Shown piece after piece: positions 1 through 10,480 of a DNA stretch of 64,000 nt. The stretch spans positions 15,872,001-15,936,000 of the forward strand of contig OX597840.1 of NCBI GenBank assembly GCA_951406725.2, read 5' to 3'. Under the pieces are notes generated by a model, which was not told where the DNA came from, did not search any database, and saw nothing but the letters and a program-made list of their open reading frames with translations. The stretch's first letter is position 1, and every line of letters begins with the position of its first letter. A program made the translations under genes and the position numbers. The DNA is from Octopus vulgaris (taxonomy: Eukaryota).

Positions 1-810
1 GGATGGAGTTAGCTATTTGCTGGATGCTCTCCATAGTATTAGTTTCTATTACTATATCAACAGTACTCTCTTGTGGGGGTACCTTTACCACTATGTTGAT
101 ATCGTCAACATAGCGAGAGTACATGTTTACGAGTATGGAGTTCTGTGTTAGGCGTTCTTTAAGCCTTCTGTCCCACCATACCATGAAAAGGTTGGCCACA
201 TCACCAGCGATACTAACGCTGATGGACATTTGCGGGGCTCCGTATGGCTCTGGTCCATCCGCGCCATCTTTCTATATGAGTCTTCCTAGCCATAGAAGTA
301 ATTGTGGGTGGTCTACCCCTTAAACATCTACTGGGGCAGAAACTACTAAGATTATGTTTATCTAGGTATTCATTGTCACATGTCAGTCTAAGTAGGAGGC
401 CCAGTTCCTCTGTGTTGACATTACGGAACTCCACCTGGCTCTCGTTGATCATCTCCACGCACTTCTCCACTGCAAAATCTACGTCGATCGATGGGTATAG
501 GGATACCACATCCATGCTACCCACCATACATCCTGTCAGGTCACAAGTGTTCTTACAGTCATTGATCCTGCTGAGGAGATCTTCTGTGCTGTCACAAACA
601 TCAGGTGACATCCGGATTATAGGGCGTATGATCATTGAGAGGAAGTAGGAGATTCTGTAATTGCTAGCGATATTCGCTCCACAGACTGGTCTTGTTGGTA
701 GTCCTGCTATAGGGTCAGTGGTTACTTTATGGTCCTTGTGAAGTCCATACAGTGCCGGGATATCGTTGTTCCAGGCTTGGGAATTGTTTGCTGTGCGTTT
801 CTGGGATCAT
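1..810 (-). mobile_element. Penelope-like retroelement (PLE) RT fragment, internally deleted
   Basis: Minus strand encodes SMDVVSLYPSID (ORF 213..635). A separate segment at 97-220 reads SIAGDVANLFMVWWD...MYSRYVDDIN (RT catalytic motif). Ends in (TA)n at about 812. Confidence 0.8.
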
Positions 811-1214
811 GTATATATATATATATATATATATATGAGTTTACATCTCACTCAATCATTACACCAACCCCTAAGGGCTTAAATCCTGGGTTTTGTACCT
901 TTGACCTTTACATTGCCAAAGCAAAAGGATTAAATCCAATAGTACCAAAACCAGTAAACATACTGTCACACCTTGTGCCCAACTAACAAAAGAGAAACAC
1001 CTACTGGCTTGTTTATAAAGTTCTGCATGCATAAATAAATTCTAAACAATAGCATAACCTCAGATTTAATCAATTAAAAATTTTCCAAAATACCTTTCCA
1101 TAACAATCAACCATAAAAAAAACTTAATCACCACCCCACTCAAACCCACACACCCAAAGTTGATTTTTAACTCAACAGAGACTGTATAAAGGCAAGACTA
1201 ACTCTAATGCATCG

Positions 1215-1257
1215 CAGTCTAATGATGGCTTAGCTGGCCAAAACTTTGAAGTCACTG
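1215..1257 (+). ncRNA. Degenerate minimal type-I hammerhead motif
   Basis: cagt-CTAATGA-tggc ttagctg gcc-AAA-ACTTTGAAGT-C-actg. Helix I cagt/actg, helix II ggc/gcc, near-palindromic helix III. G5 and G12 are mutated to A. Confidence 0.55.
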
Positions 1258-1402
1258 TCAACAACATTCTTGTATAAAAATTATAAATTTGTACAAGAGT
1301 ATAGAGTAACTCATCAGATTAATTAAAATTTGTTTTATTGTTATTTTTTATTATTTTATAATTTATTATTATAACTGAACATAAAAAACAAACATTAATA
1401 TG

Positions 1403-1404
<2 letters not shown>

Positions 1405-1478
<74 letters not shown>
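1405..1478. repeat. (CA)n microsatellite
   Basis: About 37 perfect AC units. Confidence 0.99.
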
Positions 1479-1489
1479 CATACATATAT

Positions 1490-1921
1490 TCTTTTATTCT
1501 TTTATTTGTCTCAGTCATTTGGCTGTGGTCATGCAGGATTACCACTTTTAGTTAAACAAATCGACTCCGGGACTTATCCTTTGTAAGCCTAGCACTTACT
1601 CTATCGGTCTCTTTTGCTGAATCGCTAAGTTACGGGGAGATGAATACACCAACATCGGTTTTCAAGCAATGGTGGGGAGACAAACACAGACACAGAAACA
1701 TACATACATACATACATAAATACACACACACACACACACACACACATATATGTATATACGATGGGCTACTTTCAGTTTCCTTTCTACCAAATCCACTCAC
1801 AAGGCTTTGGTTGACCTGAGGCTATAGCAGAAGACACTTGCCCAAGGTGCCACACAGTGGGACTGAGCCCAAAAGAACCATGTGGTTGGTAATCAAGCTA
1901 TTTACCACGCATCACCTGCAC
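1490..1921 (-). mobile_element. tRNA-derived SINE, family A
   Basis: Reverse complement of the family seen at 55811-56218, with head, central microsatellite and ...GACTGAAACAAGTAAAAGAATA tail. Confidence 0.85.
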
Positions 1922-1966
<45 letters not shown>

Positions 1967-1997
1967 CATGTAGGAAGGTAGACAAATCACAAACGCC

Positions 1998-2032
<35 letters not shown>

Positions 2033-2038
<6 letters not shown>

Positions 2039-2546
2039 TAGTAATGCAATACAAAGTATCGCCTTCCAGTAAAGAATAGCCCGTGAGTTGTGCCATTTAT
2101 TTACTACTTTGTGTATTTTGTGTATTTTTCCCTCACGGGCTATTCTTTACTGGAAGGCGATACTTTGTATTGCATTACTAATTTATTGAAGCTTCTTCAC
2201 CGTTTTTCGTACTGTTGGCGTTCCGCGTTTCAGTCGAGTGTAATAGTATTAATGTGGTAACATGGTAGATTTCGTCATGGTATATGCTTGGCTGATGAAG
2301 ATAGAATAAGATATGGGTGGCAGTCATATCTTGTAAAATCTGAAACCTGCAGGTCCCACATTATCCTTTTCCGGGTATTTCATCTTTCAGATGTTCTCCC
2401 TGGAGGTAAGACGTTTTTCTCTAGTTTGTTGCACACACGCATTTTTACTAATACATACGCGGTGAAGCTATACATTAGCGTCGTATTTTTGCATTCGCTA
2501 TTTCCAGTAAATACCGGTACTTAGTTGTGCCATTTATTTACTACTT

Positions 2547-2553
<7 letters not shown>
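2033..2553 (+). mobile_element. PLE pLTR / retrozyme-like unit with 5' inverted segment
   Basis: Inverted repeat 2035-2087 / 2132-2184. Direct repeat agttgtgccatttatttactactttgtgtat at 2086 and 2523 (437-bp period). Contains a hammerhead. Flanked by (TA)n on both sides. Confidence 0.7.
2284..2361 (+). ncRNA. Type-I hammerhead ribozyme, canonical core
   Basis: tgg-CTGATGA-agat..aagatatg/catatctt..atct-GAA-ACCTGCAGGT-C-cca. Helix III is a 10-nt palindrome. Predicted cleavage after GTC at 2355. Confidence 0.8.
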
Positions 2554-2644
<91 letters not shown>

Positions 2645-2654
2645 GATGATGTGG

Positions 2655-3997
2655 ACAATTGTTCTGGGATCCCAGAAACGCACAGCAAACAATTTCCAAG
2701 CCTGGAACAACGAAGCCTGCTCGATCTGTAGAAAAGGCGTAGGTAGAAAATCTATAAGATGCACCAAGTGTAAGCTATGGACACATAAGAGGTGCAGCAA
2801 TGTCAAAGGAAGGCTAACTAGGAAGATAGTTTTTGTATGTGGAAGATGCTCAGGAGCAATAAACACTGAAAATGCGCAGAGACCAACTTCCGCCACATTC
2901 CCGGGAGAAAAACTAGAAATAGCTGATAGCTTCCGTTACCTAGGTGACCAAGTCAGTAGCAGGGGTGGGTGTGCTGAAAGTGTAATTGCTAGAGTAAGAA
3001 TAGCAGACTGTATAACGCATGTGTACGAACAGCCATGCTACATGGCAGTGAAACATGGGCCGTGACTGCTGAGAATATGCATAAGCTCGCAAGAAATGAA
3101 GCCAGTATGCTCCGATGGATGTGTAATGTCAGTGTTCATACTAGACAGAGTGTAAGTACCTTGAGAGAAAAGTTGGACCTAAGAAGCATCAGTTGTGATG
3201 CAAGAGAGACGTTTGCGCTAGTATGGTCATGTGGCGAGAATGGATGAAGATAGTTCTGTGAAAAAGTACCACACCCTAGCGGTTGAGGGAACCTGTGGAA
3301 GAGGCAGACCCAGGAAAACCTGGGACGAAGTGGTTAAGCACGACCTTCGAACTTTAGGTCTCACCGAGGAAATGACTAGAGACCGAGACCTTTGGAAGTA
3401 TGCTGTGCGTGAGAAGACCCGGCAGGACAAGTGAGACCATAACCCGTGGCCTCTACCTGGGATGTAGCCAGTCCACTTATGCATACCTTTCCTTCTTGGG
3501 ACACAAAACTCTACTTGTGAAGACCTGTTGAGGCAAGTGAAAATCGAAATCAAAATCAAAATCGAAATCGATCAACATCAATGGAAATTGTAGCTGTGAT
3601 ACCAGTGCTGGTGGTACGTAAGAGAACCATCCAAACGTGGCCGTTGCCAGAGCCGCCCCGACTGGCCTCCGTGCCGGTGGCACGTAAAAAGCACCATCCG
3701 ATCGTGGCCGTTGCCAGCCTCACCTGGCTCCCGTGCTGGTGGCACGTAAAAAGCACCATCCGATCGTGGCCGTTTGCCAGCCTCGTCTGGCACCTGTGCC
3801 AGTGGAACGTAGAAAGCACCCACTACACTCACGGAGTGGTTGGCGTTAGGAAGGGCATCCAGCCGTAGAAACATTACCAGATCAGACTGGGCCTGGTGCA
3901 GCCTTCTGGCTTCCCAGACCCCAGTTGAACCGTCCAACCATGGAAAGCGGACGCTAAACGATGATGATGATGAGGATGATGATGATGATGATGATGA
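2655..3997 (+). mobile_element. 5'-truncated RTE-clade LINE (PHD insert, thumb, C-terminus, 3'UTR, (GAT)n tail)
   Basis: ORF pieces CSICRKG..CTKCKLWTHKRC..CGRC, FRYLGD, LHGSETW, GRGRPRKTW, homologous to the ORF at 44928..48203. Has an internal deletion and frameshifts. Confidence 0.92.
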
Positions 3998-4011
3998 TAT
4001 ATATTAATATT

Positions 4012-4283
4012 AAGGCGGTGAGATGGCAGAATCGTTAGCACGCCGGCCGAAATGCTTAGAGGCAGACCCAGGAAAACCTGGGACAAAGTGGTGAAGCACG
4101 ACCTTCACATCGTCTGCCGTTACATTCTGAGTTCAATTCCGCCGAGGTTGACTTTACCTTTCATCCTTTCGGGGTTGAGAAATTAAGTACCAGTGAAACA
4201 CTGGGGTCGATCTAATCAACTTAATCCCTTTGTCTGTCCTTGTTTGTCTCCTCTATGTTTAGCCCCTTGTGGGCAGTAAACAA
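4012..4283 (+). mobile_element. tRNA-derived SINE family B with a 48-nt LINE-derived insert
   Basis: Head ggcggtgagatggcagaatcgttagc and body gactttacctttcatcctttcgggg match other copies. 4059-4106 is RTE sequence. Confidence 0.8.
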
Positions 4284-4285
4284 AT

Positions 4286-4324
<39 letters not shown>

Positions 4325-4629
4325 TATATACCAAAGTAAGCACATAAATGTGAAATAGGGTAGGGAAAAATAGTACTCGACTACTGGAGGTAGAGTAATG
4401 TGCTTTATTATTATTAAAGCTCAAAAATATCACAAAAAGACTATTAGTCAAAAGGACTAATGAAAAGAAGCCAATTTCAAATGTGTATCTGTCGATATAA
4501 ATTGTAAATTTTATACATACAAACTTTATTTTGTCCCATTCTCAATCTAAACAATCTAACGAAAGGAAACATGAGTAGCAGTTTTGTGGGGGGATATTTT
4601 TGTGATGTTTTCGCAGCTTTAATAATCCT

Positions 4630-4842
4630 TTCTATTATAGGCACAAGACCTGAAATTTTGGGGGAGAGGACTAGTCAATCACATCGACTCCAGTGTTTCA
4701 CTGGTACTTAATTTCTCAACCCCGAAAGGATGAAAGGCAAAGTTGACCGCGGCTAAATTTGAACTTACAACATAGCAAGAGGCAAAATACCGGTAAGCAT
4801 TTCATCTGGCACGCTAACGATTTTGCCAGCTCACCGCCTTCT
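4630..4842 (-). mobile_element. SINE family B
   Basis: Reverse complement of the family-B head (gctaacgattttgccagctcaccgcc) and body. Confidence 0.8.
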
Positions 4843-4908
4843 TTGCAGCTTCAATAATAATAAGGTATACAGGCACAGGCGTGGCTGTGTGGAAAGAAGC
4901 TTGCTTCC

Positions 4909-6900
4909 GGTTGAACAGTGAGGCCGTGAGCTTTGAGCTCCGTCCTAAAAAGAAAAAAGAACGAAGAACGAAAACAGAGAAGGTTGTCGAGGTAGGTGTT
5001 TGTTGTGAGCTGGGCATAATTTATTGCGTGTGAATTATTTTTTAAGTAAATTGTGCTCAGCTCTGGGACAATTTCGCCTGCTCTCGGCGGCTGCAGTTTT
5101 TGTATATCGAGAATTCATTGAATTCATTTTTGGTGGTGCGTATCCTCGCCCGAATAGAACCTTTTGCTGTTGCAGTTACCGTTGGTTGTAGCCAGCATAG
5201 TGTTTGAATTTCTGGAGTAATTTACCAATTACCGGACAAAAAAAAAAGATTTATGGCAAGGACCCTATCCACATTAGGCCGGGATTACCTGTTGGCCAGG
5301 AGATTGGATTTTTGCCGTGTGAACCGTTTTTCTATTTTCCGTTTATCCTTCCTGATTTTTTCTTTCCTTTTGAACTATTAATTAACTTTTGGACTTACTT
5401 TGTTTTATTATTTTTTTATATTTATTTTATTTTTTTGTGTACCTTTTTTACATTCCCTTTGAACTTTGAACTTTTTTGGGGGAACTTTTAAGACTTTCTT
5501 TTTTGCACATGGCAAAAACAAACGGAGCCGCTGTTTTGGAGTGGGAGGTGGTCCTACCCAAACAGTGGATTAAAGATCTTGAGAAGAGGACGGTGGTACT
5601 ACGGGCCTATTCTAAGTCGTGTGGTGCCATCGCCCTCTTCGACAAGAGTGTAGTAGAGAGAGAGTTGGCAGACTACCTGTCAACTATAAAATTTATTTCA
5701 CGGGGGACCAAATTTGCAACGGTCTGGTTGCTGTTTGGTACCCCTGAGGAAGCTGGCAGATTTGCCAGCGAGCCCCTTGAGAGAGAAGAAATTTTGTTCC
5801 TCCCTACTTATTGTGGGAGGAAGATAAGAAGAGACTGGGTGTGCGGGGTGCCCCCGGGCACGGAGGCGGAATGGATCGAGAAGACCATCCGGTGAGGCCT
5901 GAGGGATAGCAGGCCCAGGCTATTGAGTGTGAAGATTGCTCCCGCGGTCGACTGGGTGGACCCCGGTGGCCGTAGGAGACATGATGTTCCCGGACTTCCT
6001 AAAAATGGCCGGGTACAGGTACCCGGTGATACTTGAGGGACGCCCCTCCAAGTGTCACCTGTGCCTGGAGCCTGGCCATATCAAAAGGAACTGTCCAGGG
6101 GGCCGTGGTGGGACCCTGGAGCATGAGAAAGAGAAGGTGCCCGCCGCCCCCTCATTGGAAGGGGAGACGGTGGAAGTTGTGGAGGAAGTTGCCTCCACGA
6201 AAAGAAAAAGAAAGGTGAGCAACAATGGTTGCTCACCAAAGAATGTTCAGGCGGCGGAGGAGGGTAGTGAGCCCCCGCGTCTGTCGACGCAGCCCCCTGC
6301 TCCCGCAGCCTCAAAAAGAAAGAGGAAAAAGAAGAGCAGAGGACGGTCGGCGGATGTTCCTGGGCCGCCGACGGAGCCGCAGGTGGGATGTGTTCCACCT
6401 GTGGATAGGGCTCTGTCAGTGGGAAGTGTGCCACTGACGGAGCAGTGTGAGGTCCCTTCCTGTGAAGAGGAGGTGTTTGTCCTCCTTTATCACGAGGGAG
6501 GGACGGTGAGTAAATTTTTGGACGGCTTGGGTGACCGAGACCGTGTGCACTCGGTCTGCTCAAGTAGTCCGATATGGCCTCCGCAGGTGGCTGCGGAGGC
6601 AGTTACTGAAAAATTTTTGTCAAAGGTCACAGCGACCTTTGACAAGGAAGAATTTGCTTTCCTCTTTGCTGGCCCCGACTTGTCGATGCAGAGTTGTCTG
6701 CAGACGGCAAGTCACTTAGCTTGGGGACCTGACAAAGAGAATTGTTGTAAGAAACTTTGTTTTCGAGCGTTTGTTGGTCGGTGGGCGCCGACATCCCTCT
6801 CATCCGTATCATTTTGTTTCATTTCATCCCATCTTGTCTGGGTCCAGCCCACAAGCTTCTCTTTGTAAGGCCTATATGGCCAATTTAATGGAATAAAGAG
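4909..6900 (+). mobile_element. Non-autonomous Tx1/L1-like element encoding only a disrupted ORF1 (gag-like zinc knuckle)
   Basis: 10-bp TSD gcttgcttcc at 4899-4908 and 6901-6910. ORF1 from ATG 5509 with stop and frameshift near 5893-5940. CHLCLEPGHIKRNC knuckle (CX2CX4HX4C) at 6053-6094. AATAAA just before the 3' end. No endonuclease or RT motifs. Confidence 0.75.
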
Positions 6901-7131
6901 GCTTGCTTCCTAACCACATAATTCTAGGTTCAGTCCCACTGTATGGCACCTAGGGTAAGTGTCTTCTACTATAGCCTCGGGTTGACCAAAGCCTTGTGTG
7001 TGGATTTGGTAAACAGAAACTGAAAGAAGCCCATCGTATATATATACACACATTACAGTATAAGCATAAGGGTAAAAATTAAAAGAGGTTTGCCTGTTTT
7101 TATTAAAAACATAAAACATAACACATTTTTA

Positions 7132-7310
7132 TATATAAGAGTGTATAAAGATTTATACATGGAGAGAAGATCCTTGACAGAACTTCTTATATGCTTAAAA
7201 GGGCAGTTGAACCCTTTATTTATGGTTTGGGTTAACTGCCCTTTTTAGAATATAAGAAGTCCTGTCAAGGGTTTTCTCTCCATGTATAAATCTTTATAGA
7301 CTCTTATATA
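7132..7310. repeat. Imperfect palindrome, arms about 80 bp
   Basis: tatataagagtgtataaagatttatacatggagag...gggcagttgaaccc mirrored by gggttaactgccc...ctctccatgtataaatctttatagactcttatata. Confidence 0.9.
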
Positions 7311-7563
7311 ATATGTGTATGTGTGTGTGTATTTGTGATTGTATGTCCAACCCCGCCCCACCATTAGTTGACAACCGATGTTGGTGTGTTTACAACCCTG
7401 TAACTTAGTGGTTCGGCAAAAGAGACTGATAGAGACTGATAGAGACTGATAGAGACTGATAGGCTTACGAAGAATATGTCCTGGGGTCGATTTGTTCGAC
7501 TAAAGGCGGTGCTTCAGCATGGCCACAGTCAAATGACTGAAACAAATAAAAGAAAAATATATG

Positions 7564-7626
<63 letters not shown>

Positions 7627-7708
7627 GACTAAAGCCATCTGAATATGGCTAGGGACAGGGCAGGGTGGTGGAGGTGTTACTGTTGCATTTAGCCCCAGGC
7701 GAACATCA

Positions 7709-7805
7709 ACGAAGCCAGAGGAAACTCTGGTGGAAGTCCGAAGCGCCTCTGACGTGCAAATCGATCGTCGGAACCGGGTGTAGGGGCGAAAGACCAATCG
7801 AGCCG

Positions 7806-7848
<43 letters not shown>

Positions 7849-8683
7849 CGCCAGCGGGAGAACGACACGCAATTCCGTCCGGTAAAGCGAACGACTGGAG
7901 GCCCCGGGGACGTTGACGGCCTCGATCTACTCTCGAACTCGGAACGGGCGAAACGGGCCGCTCCTCTCTCGATCGGAGGCGGCCGCCGTTATGCGACGAC
8001 GAATGCACGGTGCCAAGTGGGCCACTTTTGGTAAGCAGAACTGGTGATGTGGGATGAACCGAACGTCCGGCTAAGGTGCCCTACGCTTCGCCCATTAGAT
8101 CCCCGAAAGGGTGTCGGTCGATATAGACAGCAGGACGGTGGCCACGGAAGTCGGAATCCGCTCAGGAGTGTGTAACAACTTACCTGCCGAATCGACCGGC
8201 CCCGAAAATGGATGGCGCTGGAGCGAGCGACCGATGCCGGACCGGCCGGGCGACAGGTTGCGCGATCGCCGGCGAGGCGACTTTCCGATGCCCGGTCGAG
8301 TAGGAGGGCGCCGCGGCGTGCATGGAAGCCGCGGGCGCGAGCCCGGGTGAAGCCGACCGCGGGTGCAGATCTCGGTGGTAGTAGCAAATATTCGAACGAG
8401 ACCTTCGAAGACCGAAGTGGAGAAGGGTTCCGTGCCAACGGCGGTCGAGCACGGGTCAGTCGGTCCTAAGAAGCGGGCGAAAGCTTCCACGAAAGGCGCC
8501 GGATCCGTCGTTAGAAGAAGAACTCCCGTAGTTCGAATCAGTTACGCGGCCGGCCTCGCATCGAAAGGGAATCGGGTTAATATTCCCGAACCCGAACTCG
8601 GAGAGTGCCCGTCCGTCGGCGGGAACGCGGCGTGCTCTTCCTAGCAGCGCGTCCGTCGTCGAAGCCGGCGGCCGGGCGAAGAG
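7709..8683 (+). rRNA. 28S rRNA internal fragment (ectopic copy, probably a pseudogene)
   Basis: Conserved LSU blocks GAAGCCAGAGGAAACTCTGGTGGA, TAGTAGCTGGTTCCCTCCGAAGTTTCCCTCAGGATAGC, GCAGATCTCGGTGGTAGTAGCAAATATTC, GAAAGGGAATCGGGTTAATATTCC. The 5' part of 28S, 5.8S and 18S are absent. Confidence 0.97.
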
Positions 8684-10440
8684 GGGGGCTTGATGGTTAT
8701 GACCCACGAACCTTGCAATGGTGTGTGTTCCCACAGCTCTTCCACTTGGGGTGAACCTGACAGCACTCGATTGGGTTGATTTGTCCCTTCCCCGAGAAAC
8801 CCGAGTTTCGTTTGGGGCAGAAAGGCTTTAGTCGGAGGGGCACCTGCGGTGTCCTATAGGAACACCGGTGTGGATGGTGTACAGGGGGATACACACCTGC
8901 AGTGTTGGCAGCGAGGCGAGAGGGTGGATGCACCATCAAGTTTGTCTGGTATGTTATGATCTGCCGGGTCTTACCCGGGAGATGGATGCACTGCCAGGCT
9001 TCACCCTTAGGGACACTACCTTGTCGTGGTTTAAGAGCTTACGTCTGCGGGCGGGACGCAAGCCGTTATTGGACTTGCGGGCGCCAACCCGTCAGCGGAC
9101 TAACTAAATGTGTCCTTTCCCCATAGCGGTTCCAATTATTTGGTGGGGACCAAGCAGTGTGGAGGATTATCGTGTGCAGAGTGGGATGATACCCTGCTGT
9201 TGGTCATGGTTGCGCTTGTCGGCCTCCTGCTCATCCGAGTCGGCCACTACCTGGCTTCGGTATGGTGTGAAGGCCCCCTATTTCTTTATAGAATTTCACG
9301 GGGCGGCGCCCACGGACGGCTAAGGTTAGAACGGCCGGGTTCGCTCTCCGGATTGGGCTGCTGACGGGGCGAGGTGGGGATGGGGTGTTTCCACCCTGCC
9401 TCTTATCTCGCCCATAAGTTAGCGCCTCGAGAAGGTTGCTGTTCCTGCTGTCCCTGCTGTCTTTGGGTGGCTCACGACGTTGTCTCCTGACGCCGATTGT
9501 TGTGGCTCACACAATTTATTGCTGGAGCGGACTCACTTTCGGCCTCATTACGGGAGCCAGTCAACTGACGGGTAAACCGTCAATATTGACTTTGTCTCCT
9601 GACGCCAGATTGTTGTGACTCACGCAATTTATTGCGTGAGTGGACTCACTTTCGGCCTCACTACGGGAGACAGTCGAATGACGGGTAAACCGTCAGTATT
9701 GAGCCCTTCGCGGACTGTTGCGGGGTATTTGGCTTAGTATGAGGATTTCGGTTGGCTAGGAAGGATGTTGGCTTACGGTCTGCAGGGTCTGACTCCTTAC
9801 TCTTGTACTCTTGATTTTCTTCCTTTTACTCTTTGGAAAATGCCGCGAAGTCCAATTCTTCAACTAAAAGTTAAGAAACACACGGTTGCCAGGGGCCGTA
9901 TAAGATGGTGGCTTGAGGGCAAAAGAGCGGGGCTCCAAGCCAGGCCGAGCGTGTTGCCCAACCACGTTGGGCCGCTATCTACGCTTCCTGCAGTTGTATA
10001 GAGCCATTTACACTGCAGGTAATACTAATGGCTCGCTTACCAAACTCGACCCTGAGAGCTTATATCGGATCCTGCACATAAAACCCCCTCGATGAAGTCC
10101 TCAAATTTTTTTTTTTTTTTTAGAGGACCGAGAGGCTGGTGTGTAGGATGCCCCTCAAGTTTTTTTTTTTTTTTTTTTTTTGTTGAGGAGGTGGCATGGT
10201 TTGGGGGCCGTGCCTCGATATGAGCTTCAAATAAATATAAGAAAAATCAAAATAACAACCTGAATTGGACTTAAAGCTTCTTCTGCCCATCGAAGAAGCA
10301 CCCGCTTCTGTTAGTTTTAGATCCCCTTTTGTTTTCTGTTTTTTTTAGTTTTAAGATTAATGAAGTTGGGACCTGGCTGTGACAGTGTGGGGCCACCCAC
10401 GTTAATAAAAGGGAAAGAGACACTATTTGTCTCACTTAGA
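8684..10440 (+). mobile_element. Insert at the canonical R2 site of 28S, without recognisable RT or endonuclease (candidate non-autonomous or decayed R2-type element)
   Basis: 28S resumes precisely at TAGCCAAATGCCTCGTCATCTAATTAG (10441). The upstream 28S segment is missing. Longest ORF in the insert is under 90 aa. Confidence 0.75.

Positions 10441-10480
<40 letters not shown>

Larger units (their letters stand above)
4871..7558 (+). mobile_element. SINE family A split by a 2-kb insertion and a palindrome
   Basis: Head 4871-4908 resumes at 6911 (taaccacataattctaggttcagtccc). Tail 7350-7558. Confidence 0.85.

Noticed and set aside
10089-10134. Hammerhead-like TCGATGA-gtcctc..gaggac-CGAGAG in the R2-site insert
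   Set aside because: Both core strands deviate, and no helix I or III can be formed.
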